Shown here: positions 27,910-35,133 of the stretch, piece by piece
Layout of the letters: each line of letters begins with the position of its first letter
Position numbering within the stretch: the first letter of the stretch is position 1
Origin: Nitrososphaerota archaeon
GTDB lineage: Archaea > Thermoproteota > Nitrososphaeria > Nitrososphaerales > Nitrosopumilaceae
Length of the DNA stretch: 35,133 nucleotides
Direction of reading: 5' to 3'
Assembly (NCBI GenBank): GCA_022573065.1
Contig: JACZUQ010000002.1
Coordinates: 1-35,133 of the forward strand
The notes under the pieces: generated by a model
Databases searched by the model: none
What the model was told of the DNA's origin: nothing
Seen by the model: the letters and a program-made list of their open reading frames with translations, nothing else
Program-made: the position numbers and the translations under genes

Positions 27910-27955
27910 CTTTTATAAAGTACAATTTATGGTTTCAATATGTAGATTTACAGAA

Positions 27956-28135
27956 TTAGTTAAGAATCTGTATTTTTACAACCGTTTCTTTTCCTGAAAT
28001 TGTTCTAGCATGCTTTTCACACATTCGAAAAAACATTCTGCAAGATGGTTTTTTTGAATATTTACTCGCAAAATAATACATGGCTATGAGGATGTAGGCT
28101 TCTGCATTACAATAAGGAATTAAACAGATAACCAT
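27956..28135 (-). CDS. Small putative zinc-binding protein (59 aa; not in ORF track)
   Basis: MVICLIPYCNAEAYILIAMYYFASKYSKKPSCRMFFRMCEKHARTISGKETVVKIQILN: C-x4-C ... C-x2-H. Confidence 0.55.
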   Translation of the reverse strand: MVICLIPYCNAEAYILIAMYYFASKYSKKPSCRMFFRMCEKHARTISGKETVVKIQILN

Positions 28136-28239
28136 GTTTTCTTAAAAAACATCACAAGTATAATGGATCTGATTGATTCTACTATAACCTTTAATTAAAA
28201 ATCAAAAGAGAATAGACTTTATCTGCAGGAGGAAAAACG

Positions 28240-28395
28240 TTGCGAGAAATTATCATAAAATTAAACGGAAAGGACTATCACGACTTTTTGAAAATATCAA
28301 ACGAATATGGACTGTCAGTTGAGGAAAAAATCTATGAGATGATTTACGTTTATCTTATTGTTCAAAGAAAACGGTTCAAACAAAGTCGACTTTAG
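28240..28395 (+). CDS. Putative ribbon-helix-helix DNA-binding microprotein (51 aa; not in ORF track)
   Basis: MREIIIKLNGKDYHDFLKISNEYGLSVEEKIYEMIYVYLIVQRKRFKQSRL has a strand-helix-G-x-S-helix pattern; AGGAGG lies 7 nt before the TTG. Confidence 0.6.
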   Translation: MREIIIKLNGKDYHDFLKISNEYGLSVEEKIYEMIYVYLIVQRKRFKQSRL

Positions 28396-28507
28396 AACTG
28401 AGGCTCAGAAATAGTATTTCATTGATCTGGAACCCTTCGTGACAATGTGAAATCTTTTGAATTGATTTTATCCGTTAGTTCTTATAATAGCAAATTTAGG
28501 GTCCATT

Positions 28508-28645
28508 ATGTCAGAAGAACGAAAAATGTACCCATGTGTATGTGCTGATTGTGGCAAAGATTCAGAAGTACCTTTTCAACCAAAAGAAGGTAGACCAGTT
28601 TATTGCCGAGAATGTTTACCAAAACATAGAAGTAAAAGATTTTGA
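28508..28645 (+). CDS. CxxC-x17-CxxC domain microprotein (45 aa; not in ORF track)
   Basis: MSEERKMYPCVCADCGKDSEVPFQPKEGRPVYCRECLPKHRSKRF matches C..CG....VPF.P...RPVYC..C. TTATAA at 28482. Confidence 0.92.
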   Translation: MSEERKMYPCVCADCGKDSEVPFQPKEGRPVYCRECLPKHRSKRF

Positions 28646-28771
28646 GTTAATTTTGTTTAAAGTAATTTAAATTCAATTATCTTTCAAGTTTAATACTCAC
28701 TATTTTTCTTTTTTTATAAAACCAATATGGTCCCAGAAATAGTTCAATATTGTATAAGATCCATTTAATCC

Positions 28772-28882
28772 CTAATATGGCCTATCTCGCATTAAATGGC
28801 AATCACAATTACAACCTTTTTGACATTTAACACGTCTACAATCAGAACAGATATTTTTATTCCAAATTGGAGCTGTATTCAT
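28772..28882 (-). CDS. Cys-rich microprotein (36 aa), possibly truncated by a nonsense change
   Basis: MNTAPIWNKNICSDCRRVKCQKGCNCDCHLMRDRPY; the frame stays open for 23 more codons after the TAG. Confidence 0.6.
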   Translation of the reverse strand: MNTAPIWNKNICSDCRRVKCQKGCNCDCHLMRDRPY

Positions 28883-29084
28883 ATTATCTTTAACACTTTC
28901 AAAGTAATTAACTCTGCTAGTGATTTTCAAGTTTAACAATAAGTTTGCAAATTTTTTAAATTAATTCTTATTAACTTTACTATCAACTTGTAGGATTTTC
29001 ATTTTTTTTAAAATAAACTTGTTTGTATAAACTCTAAAAATTTACACAAATACTATTTTAATTCATAAACTAGTTGGCGGTAGT

Positions 29085-29354
29085 ATGGCATCAAGAAGAA
29101 GAGGTTCACGAAGATCTGGCGGAAGATCTAGACGAAGCTCTGCCGGAAGATCTAGACGAAGAACCGGAGGAAAGAGCTCAGGTGGAAAAGCTGCAAGACG
29201 TGCACGAGTTGTTGCAAACAAAAGAAAAAGCGAACTAAAAAGAGCTAACAACAAAGTAAAAAGCGCAAAGCGAGCACTTCGAATAGCAGAAAGATCTGCT
29301 GGCAAGAGAAAGGCTGCATTTAGACAAGCTTTATCGCGTGCAAAAAGAGCATGA
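29085..29354 (+). CDS. Highly basic Arg/Ser/Gly-rich, protamine-like protein (89 aa)
   Basis: 24 Arg + 11 Lys versus 2 Glu; GC-richer than the AT-rich flanks; ATG start and a T-tract after the stop. Confidence 0.85.
   Translation: MASRRRGSRRSGGRSRRSSAGRSRRRTGGKSSGGKAARRARVVANKRKSELKRANNKVKSAKRALRIAERSAGKRKAAFRQALSRAKRA
29109..29162 (+). repeat. Imperfect 24-bp tandem duplication inside the basic protein gene
   Basis: CGAAGATCTGGCGGAAGATCTAGA / CGAAGCTCTGCCGGAAGATCTAGA / CGAAGA. Confidence 0.85.
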
Positions 29355-29367
29355 TCATACACCTCCC

Positions 29368-29378
29368 TTTTTATTTTT
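29368..29378 (+). terminator. Oligo-T archaeal terminator candidate
   Basis: T-rich run about 13 nt after the TGA of the basic protein gene. Confidence 0.45.
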
Positions 29379-29470
29379 CATAAATACAATTTTCTAAAAA
29401 TGAGTATTAGGAAGGAAAAAACTTAGAATTTCTACTATAGACTTTTTAATAATCAGTTTCAAATTAATCG

Positions 29471-29851
29471 GTGACTAGCAAATCTAGGACGATCACATTT
29501 ACTGTAAATCGTAAAACCGCTGAAGCATTTGATGCAATTTTAAACAGCCCTCCAAAACTGATGCCAGATGCTATAAAACATGATGATGGATGGTGGACAT
29601 TTACTTCCCCTTGGGGTCCAGCTAAACTAAAGTTCCACGAAAATAGGCAACTTGGTATTTTAGATCATCAATTCATTGATGATGAAGCGCAATGGGACGT
29701 GCCAATGAGGATAGTTTCTAAAGGAGATAATTCAGAAGTGATTACCACCATCATCAAACCTAATAGTATAAGTGATCAAACGTTTGATGAACGAATGAAA
29801 GAAATTGAAAAAATTATGTTATCTATGAAACAAATCATAGAAGAAACTTAG
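29471..29851 (+). CDS. SRPBCC/START (polyketide cyclase-like) protein
   Basis: SRTIT.TVN....EAFD.I, W..PMRIV..G..SEV and a C-terminal amphipathic helix; GTG start. Confidence 0.7.
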   Translation: MTSKSRTITFTVNRKTAEAFDAILNSPPKLMPDAIKHDDGWWTFTSPWGPAKLKFHENRQLGILDHQFIDDEAQWDVPMRIVSKGDNSEVITTIIKPNSISDQTFDERMKEIEKIMLSMKQIIEET

Positions 29852-29923
29852 TTTTCTAATATCTAATTGATAATTCTTATTTTAAAAAATAGAAACATAC
29901 CCACTAAAATTATTTTTTAAACG

Positions 29924-30062
29924 ATATCTATAACATCTCTAAGACATGATCGTGATTTAATTGACAAAGTCATTAAATCTATGGAAAGAATACAACTTTT
30001 AGAATCAAGCAAAACAATTAATCGAGGATTTTCTTAGTGATTTAAATGACTTTGATGGATAA
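29924..30062 (+). pseudogene. Probable remnant of a hemerythrin/HHE-domain gene
   Basis: Reads ISITSLRHDRDLIDKVIKSMERIQLLESSK, resembling from memory the N-terminus of thaumarchaeal HHE proteins. It has no ATG and stops early at 30037. Confidence 0.45.
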
Positions 30063-30663
30063 TAAAAAAGAATTTCCTGACTGGGATACCTACTACAAAG
30101 AAAATAATGTTGAAGATATGCCATGGTATGAAAATAATTTAGATCCTGATCTAGAAAATGAAATAAAATCACGTAATCTATCTGGAGGTAAATTCCTTGA
30201 TCTTGGTACAGGTCCTGGGACACAAGCCATACAATTATCTAATTTAGGATTTGAAACCACTGGTTCTGATTTATCTGTTAACGCTATTGAAAAAGCAAAA
30301 AAACTTTCAAAAGAAGTTAATTTTGTAACAGATGATTTTCTTAATTCTAAATTACATGAAAATGAATTTGATTTTATTTTAGATAGAGGCTGTTTTCATG
30401 TTTTTGATATTAAACAAAGACCAACATATGTTACTCAAATCAAAAGAATTTTAAAAAAAAATGGTATTTTATTCTTGAAATGTATGAGTATTGAAGAAAA
30501 AGATTTACCTGAAGAAAAAGGCCCTCACAAACTCTCAAAATCTGAACTCAATCAAGTCTTTTCTGCTGATTTTGAGGTAGAAAACATCAAAGACACTGTT
30601 TACCATGGAACTCTAAATCCATTACCAAAGGCATTATTTGCTGTAATAAAGAAAAAATTTTAA
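30055..30663 (+). CDS. Class I SAM-dependent methyltransferase (TPMT/TehB-like)
   Basis: WD..Y......MPW, LDLGTGPG and FDFILDRGCFH motifs. Start is 30046 or 30055. Confidence 0.9.
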   Translation: MDNKKEFPDWDTYYKENNVEDMPWYENNLDPDLENEIKSRNLSGGKFLDLGTGPGTQAIQLSNLGFETTGSDLSVNAIEKAKKLSKEVNFVTDDFLNSKLHENEFDFILDRGCFHVFDIKQRPTYVTQIKRILKKNGILFLKCMSIEEKDLPEEKGPHKLSKSELNQVFSADFEVENIKDTVYHGTLNPLPKALFAVIKKKF

Positions 30664-30709
30664 CTTGACCAAGCTGTTTTATCTAAACAATTTTATCCAT
30701 AAGTGAACT

Positions 30710-31582
30710 ATGAAAAAAATTAATCCTCTTGAGCTTTTTTTGTGGACATTCAGACGAAAAGAAAAAGATGTAGTCAACCTTTATGATTCACTCTCTGATT
30801 TGATGCGATTAGCAACTGGAGCTGATATGTTAAATTTTGGTTATTGGGATGATAAAACTAGAACTCCACTTGATGCACAAAAAAAAATGTGTACTATTTT
30901 TGGAAAAAAGGCACTTTTATCATCTGAACAAAATATTGTTGATGTTGGAAGCGGTTTTAGCTCTCCTGCTATTCAATGGTCTTTGGAATACTCTCCAGTA
31001 AAATTATCGTGTGTTAACATTAACTTTACACAATTACACGATTCAATTAAAAATGTGAATAAATCAATTAAAACAGATAATATTAATGAAAATTTTAATT
31101 TTTTAAATGCTACTGCTACTACTTTGCCTTTTGAAAAAGAATCAGTAGAACGTGTATTAGCATTAGAATCTGCTCAACATTTTAAACCATTGAAAAATTT
31201 TATCTCAGAATCATATAGAATTCTCAAGAAAAATGGAATACTTGCTCTAGCTATTCCTGTTATGGCTGAAAATCATTATGCATCAATGATAAAATTAGGT
31301 TCTTTGTCTATTACTTGGCCATCTGAACATTATAGTACTGAGTTTGTTAACTCAAATCTAAAACAAGAACGATTCAGAAACATTGATCTGCAAAAAATTG
31401 GTTCAAATGTTTACGAGCCATTAGCCAAATATTATATTGAAAATAGAGAATATATCAAAAATAAAATACTACAATATTATCCAGCTTATGTAGAAAAAAT
31501 TTTGTTCAAATCTCTTAATAAAATGAAACAAGTTTCTGAGAAAAAAATTATTGATTATATTCTAGTTTCCTGCCAAAAATAA
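30710..31582 (+). CDS. Class I SAM-dependent methyltransferase (sterol/tocopherol/Cfa-like)
   Basis: YD, LNFGYW, DVGSG.S.PA, LPF..ES.ERV.ALESAQHF and YRILK.NG motifs. Confidence 0.9.
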   Translation: MKKINPLELFLWTFRRKEKDVVNLYDSLSDLMRLATGADMLNFGYWDDKTRTPLDAQKKMCTIFGKKALLSSEQNIVDVGSGFSSPAIQWSLEYSPVKLSCVNINFTQLHDSIKNVNKSIKTDNINENFNFLNATATTLPFEKESVERVLALESAQHFKPLKNFISESYRILKKNGILALAIPVMAENHYASMIKLGSLSITWPSEHYSTEFVNSNLKQERFRNIDLQKIGSNVYEPLAKYYIENREYIKNKILQYYPAYVEKILFKSLNKMKQVSEKKIIDYILVSCQK

Positions 31583-31626
31583 AAGGAAGTAAGAACAGTT
31601 TTTAATCCCCTATACTAAAAAAATCC

Positions 31627-31965
31627 ATGAAACGAATAGACGCCATGGTTCCAAATCTAAAAAGAAAAGCAGTTTGTGAGGCAATTATCAAGGCAGGTGC
31701 TAGTGGTGTTACAATTTCAGAGTCTCGTGGAAAAGGTGCTGGTTCCAGACCTATTTTTACTGGTGCCAAAGGTACTGCAAGATATGTTGCTGAATACAGT
31801 AGAACAGATACTATTACGACAATTGTTGATGACTCTAAGGTTGACGCAATTGTAAAAGCAGTAATAAATTCAGTTCATACGGGTGCTAAAGGAGATGGAA
31901 AGATCTTTGTTTCTCCAATTGATGAAACATATGATATAACTACCGGGCAAAAGGGTAAAGTATAA
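31627..31965 (+). CDS. PII-family signal transduction protein (non-canonical)
   Basis: MKRIDA, G.SGVT.SE.RG.G and TG..GDGKIFV.P signature. Confidence 0.92.
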   Translation: MKRIDAMVPNLKRKAVCEAIIKAGASGVTISESRGKGAGSRPIFTGAKGTARYVAEYSRTDTITTIVDDSKVDAIVKAVINSVHTGAKGDGKIFVSPIDETYDITTGQKGKV

Positions 31966-32198
31966 TGGCTGGTTGGCAAAACAAACCATTTGAAATTAAT
32001 GTAAAATCTGGCGAGACTATAGCTTTTTGCATGTGTGGTAATTCAAAAAATGGTCCTTATTGTGATGATTCTCATAAAGGAACAGGAATTTCTCCACAAG
32101 TTGTAACCTATGATATAGATACAACTATTCATGCATGTGGATGTCAACAATCTAAAAACAGACCAATGTGTGATGGTACTCATAAAACAATTACTTAG
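31965..32198 (+). CDS. Double CDGSH iron-sulfur domain protein
   Basis: CMCGNSKNGPYCDDSH and CGCQQSKNRPMCDGTH; TAATG overlap with the PII gene. Confidence 0.93.
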   Translation: MAGWQNKPFEINVKSGETIAFCMCGNSKNGPYCDDSHKGTGISPQVVTYDIDTTIHACGCQQSKNRPMCDGTHKTIT

Positions 32199-32234
32199 TA
32201 AATTACAAACAAAAAAATTTTTATTTTTTATTAT

Positions 32235-32441
32235 TTATCCATAAATGATACAGTATTCACAATCACAACTTGGCTGTTGTTTAGATTTTGCCAAACATTT
32301 CTTATGTTGACCAGCCTGACATTGAACACAAACTTTCTCTAAATTATCAATGGTAGAATATTTTTTTGATTGATCAAAACCAAAACCTCCATCTTTAGGT
32401 CCAACCATATAGTAAATACATTGTACTCCTATTTTAGGCAA
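32235..32441 (-). CDS. Small Cys-rich (Zn-binding?) protein
   Basis: CVQC....H..C.........CDCEYC. The start is uncertain (TTG 32441 or an internal ATG). Confidence 0.7.
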   Translation of the reverse strand: MPKIGVQCIYYMVGPKDGGFGFDQSKKYSTIDNLEKVCVQCQAGQHKKCLAKSKQQPSCDCEYCIIYG

Positions 32442-32462
32442 CCGTGTGATTAGATAGTTTTT

Positions 32463-32624
32463 TTAAGATTCTTGGGAATTTTCCTTATCAGAATCATTAC
32501 TTTTTGCTTTATTTCTATCCCACATTCGCATAGTTCCTCTAAGCATAAAAAAACCAACTGCTATGGCTATAATGCCACTTGCAATAAATGTAAAAATATT
32601 TACAATTTTTTTTAAAAGTGACAT
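32463..32624 (-). CDS. Small single-TM protein (53 aa; not in ORF track)
   Basis: MSLLKKIVNIFTFIASGIIAIAVGFFMLRGTMRMWDRNKAKSNDSDKENSQES. Confidence 0.65.
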   Translation of the reverse strand: MSLLKKIVNIFTFIASGIIAIAVGFFMLRGTMRMWDRNKAKSNDSDKENSQES

Positions 32625-32724
32625 ACCAAAGATTCCTTTAACTTAATGTTAAGTTTACAGCATCAAATTAGTAAATGTAATTTTATCAAGTACATTCAAT
32701 TACTCGATACATTTTTTTCAATTA

Positions 32725-32823
32725 ATGGGTAAAAAACAAAACATAGCAATTTGGATAGGAATTTTAGGAGGAGGAGCTGCGTTTTTCTTTTTGTATGGAT
32801 TTTTAGTGGATATTATGCGATAG
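32725..32823 (+). CDS. Single-TM microprotein (32 aa; not in ORF track)
   Basis: MGKKQNIAIWIGILGGGAAFFFLYGFLVDIMR. Confidence 0.55.
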   Translation: MGKKQNIAIWIGILGGGAAFFFLYGFLVDIMR

Positions 32824-32902
32824 GATTTTGATATAATTCCTGTTTATTCTGAAAAAAAAGCTACTGCTTTTTAACAAAAAAAGGCAAAATTATACATAAA
32901 GC

Positions 32903-33475
32903 ATGAATCTCTCACAAAATTCTCTAGCAAACCTTTGCCTATTCTGTGGCGAAGGCTTGAGCTCACCTTTAATGTGTACTTTTTGTGGATTCAAATTTTG
33001 TGAAGAACACAAATCAACTGAAAGTCATCAGTGCATTAAAACTCGATATACTGAATTTATTCGAAAAAATTCAGGCGCCAATCCCAATATTTCAAAAGGT
33101 AAATTTAGAGTAGTCTGTGATATGTGTGGGTTTTGCACTACGAAGGGTGTTCCAATAGAATATGCAGGTGAGGAATTAATTCAGCATACCCAGATTGTTG
33201 GATGTTCTGAGAAAGTTTTTCTTGAAGAATCTAATTCTACAGACACTTCTCTACAAATTGATTCTGTATCTGGCGAAGAAAAAAGTCATGAAGTATTTTC
33301 ACAAAATACAATCGATGCTCCTCAAAATCCTAATGAGATTTCTCAAAACACATCTTCTAAAAAAACATCAATAATTGATGAAATTGTAAAGTTAGCTACC
33401 CTAAAAGAAAATGGAATGATTTCTGAACAAGAATTTTTGTATATCAAAAAAGAACTAATAAGAAAACTACTATAA
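32903..33475 (+). CDS. AN1-type zinc finger + second Zn-binding module + SHOCT domain protein
   Basis: CxxC..CxxC...FC.EH.....H.C (AN1); CDMC..H....C; C-terminal DEI.KL..LKE.G.ISE.EF...KK.L (SHOCT). Confidence 0.85.
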   Translation: MNLSQNSLANLCLFCGEGLSSPLMCTFCGFKFCEEHKSTESHQCIKTRYTEFIRKNSGANPNISKGKFRVVCDMCGFCTTKGVPIEYAGEELIQHTQIVGCSEKVFLEESNSTDTSLQIDSVSGEEKSHEVFSQNTIDAPQNPNEISQNTSSKKTSIIDEIVKLATLKENGMISEQEFLYIKKELIRKLL

Positions 33476-33498
33476 ACTAGGAATCTAAAAACCAAATA

Positions 33499-33945
33499 AT
33501 GGGTTTAATCACAAATGAAATAAAGAACTTTATCGAACAACAAAAACTAGGATATGTAGCTACCGTTTCTCCTGATAATACTCCAAACCTTTCACCTAAA
33601 GGAACAATTTCTGTATGGAATGACGAACATTTAGTTTTTGCAGATATTAAATCCCCAAAAACTATGGCGAATCTTGAAAAAAATCCAACATTGGAAATTA
33701 ATGTCGTTGATCCAATTACTAGAAAAGGTTATAGATTCAAAGGAACAGGAACAATTTTGGGATCTGGATTAGAGTATGACAAAATAATATCTCACTATAA
33801 AACTATGGGAATTAAAAGTAAAATTGGAAGAGTTGTTTTGATTAAAGTTGCAAGTGTTAAAGGTGTTACATCTCCATTGTACGATTTAGGCTACACTGAA
33901 GATGAAATTAAAAAGCGTTGGAAAGACTATTATCTTTCAAGCTAA
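33499..33945 (+). CDS. Pyridoxamine 5'-phosphate oxidase-like FMN-binding protein
   Basis: VATVS.D..PN.SPKG, T..NL..NP and GYRFKG motifs. Confidence 0.9.
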   Translation: MGLITNEIKNFIEQQKLGYVATVSPDNTPNLSPKGTISVWNDEHLVFADIKSPKTMANLEKNPTLEINVVDPITRKGYRFKGTGTILGSGLEYDKIISHYKTMGIKSKIGRVVLIKVASVKGVTSPLYDLGYTEDEIKKRWKDYYLSS

Positions 33946-33955
33946 AGTACGAAAA

Positions 33956-34681
33956 CTATTCTGATTTTTTATTTGCATTTCGTTCTAATTCTAAAGTTTT
34001 CTTAACAATTTCGAGTTCTTGTTGTGTTTTACGAAGTTGAGAGTTCAATGAGGCCATCATAGTGCTAGCAGCCTCAATAATGCTTTTTGGAGCATCGCGA
34101 TTATTAGAAGCATAAATTTGTGATTCAGTAAATTCAAGCTCTTTTTTTGCAGTTACAATTTTTGCTTTAATTTCCTCATAATCTATTTCAAGTTTTAACA
34201 TCTCTGAGAATTTTTCTTTATCTTTCTCAAGTTTTAATCGAATTTCTTTTTGTTCTGTTTTTGATTTTTCTATTTCAATTCTAATTGAATTTAATTCTAT
34301 TTTTGATTTTTCATATTTGTCTAAATCTGATTTTATTTCATCATGTTGTTTTTTGAGAGTTTCAAGTTGGGTTTTTGCAGTGTCTATCTTTGATGGGATT
34401 TCATCAAATTCACTTTTTAATGATGCATACTCTGTTTGCTTTTCTTTAACTTCTCGTTTTGCTGACATTACTTTTGTAATAACGGAATCATATTCTGCTT
34501 TCACTTTTTCTAGTTTATTGGAAATTGAATCAAAAGATTCTGTTTTTCCCCTTACTTCTTTTTTTAGATTATCAAGTTCATTTAGTAGTCGTTCTTTTTC
34601 GATCTCTTCAGGTTTTTTTACTGGAGGCGCTTCAGATATTGTTTTTTCCTCAGTTTTTTTAAAGCGATTAAAGAGACCCAT
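33956..34681 (-). CDS. Coiled-coil hypothetical protein
   Basis: 241 aa, K/E-rich heptads, N-terminal MGLFNRFKK amphipathic motif. Confidence 0.85.
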   Translation of the reverse strand: MGLFNRFKKTEEKTISEAPPVKKPEEIEKERLLNELDNLKKEVRGKTESFDSISNKLEKVKAEYDSVITKVMSAKREVKEKQTEYASLKSEFDEIPSKIDTAKTQLETLKKQHDEIKSDLDKYEKSKIELNSIRIEIEKSKTEQKEIRLKLEKDKEKFSEMLKLEIDYEEIKAKIVTAKKELEFTESQIYASNNRDAPKSIIEAASTMMASLNSQLRKTQQELEIVKKTLELERNANKKSE

Positions 34682-34718
34682 ACTTTAGATCTTTAGTTCT
34701 GTAACATGAATATTTCGT

Positions 34719-34916
34719 TTAATTTCTACTAGTTTTTTTTATAAACCGAATATAGAATCCAAGCCCACCAATGATAAAACCTGATACAAACGAGAGTACT
34801 CCTAGAGTTTGGTCTCCTGGATAAATTGTTGGTGCAATTATTAGCAATAATGCTCCAAAAATAACTAAGAAAAAACTTCCACCTTTTTTGGATCTATTGT
34901 GTTCATCATGGACCAA
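34719..34916 (-). CDS. Small 2-TM membrane protein
   Basis: Two hydrophobic helices and a basic C-terminal tail; TTG start. Confidence 0.7.
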   Translation of the reverse strand: MVHDEHNRSKKGGSFFLVIFGALLLIIAPTIYPGDQTLGVLSFVSGFIIGGLGFYIRFIKKTSRN

Positions 34917-34931
34917 AATACAATCATTCCA

Positions 34932-35133
34932 TTATACGTAACTAGATAATATTTGGGCCACTTTTTTCCTACCAATATCTGCAATAAACGGTCCAATTTT
35001 TGGTCCTCTAGTAGTTGAAAGAATGATTTGGTATAGTATTTTGAAAAAATCCTTAGGCTGTACATTGTTTTTCTTTGCAATTTGATAGATTACATTTTGT
35101 AGGTCTTCTGGTTCATCTTTTGATCCTAAGACT
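34932..35133 (-). CDS. lysS: Class I lysyl-tRNA synthetase, C-terminal end (5'-partial; not in ORF track)
   Basis: Hand translation ...EDLQNVIYQIAKKNNVQPKDFFKILYQIILSTTRGPKIGPFIADIGRKKVAQILSSYV* matches the LysRS1 anticodon-binding FF..LY..L....GP+.G pattern. Confidence 0.9.
   Translation of the reverse strand, partial: VLGSKDEPEDLQNVIYQIAKKNNVQPKDFFKILYQIILSTTRGPKIGPFIADIGRKKVAQILSSYV

Noticed and set aside
28428..28445. Possible att-site copy of the tRNA-Arg 3' end (GAACCCTTCGTG versus GAATCCCTTCGGG)
   Set aside because: Only 7 contiguous matching bases, expected by chance; no integrase in the window.
28772..28774. Pyrrolysine or other programmed TAG recoding
   Set aside because: No pyl genes in the window, and TAG is used as an ordinary stop elsewhere (558, 1781, 6298).
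29063..29362. 99-aa hydrophobic minus-strand ORF
   Set aside because: Antisense shadow of the Arg-rich gene; the plus strand has the coherent composition and a downstream T-tract.
34865..35080. 71-aa ORF from the track
   Set aside because: Wrong frame; the overlapping frame ending at 34932 is the LysRS C-terminus.

Overview
AT-rich, densely coded archaeal chromosomal DNA, most consistent with an ammonia-oxidising thaumarchaeon (Nitrososphaerota, Nitrosopumilales-like). This is inferred from SRP54, Pus10, rpS24e/S27ae, ThiDN, the archaeal AroA'/AroB'/AroK shikimate route, futalosine-pathway MqnC plus a UbiD-family gene, class I LysRS and PII. Bases 1-23 kb are mostly core metabolism: translation, sugar-nucleotide enzymes, thiamine, and an aromatic amino acid cluster divergent from mqnC. 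Bases 23-35 kb are more accessory: small Zn-binding proteins, a tandem-repeat protein, Bcp, an HSD-type J-domain protein, an aquaporin and tRNA-Arg(GCG). After the tRNA come a microprotein cluster missed by the ORF track, a protamine-like Arg-rich protein, a probable hemerythrin remnant, two methyltransferases, a PII-CDGSH gene pair and an AN1-SHOCT protein. No CRISPR array, rRNA, integrase or transposase was seen. All family calls rest on manual motif recognition; no database searches were run.
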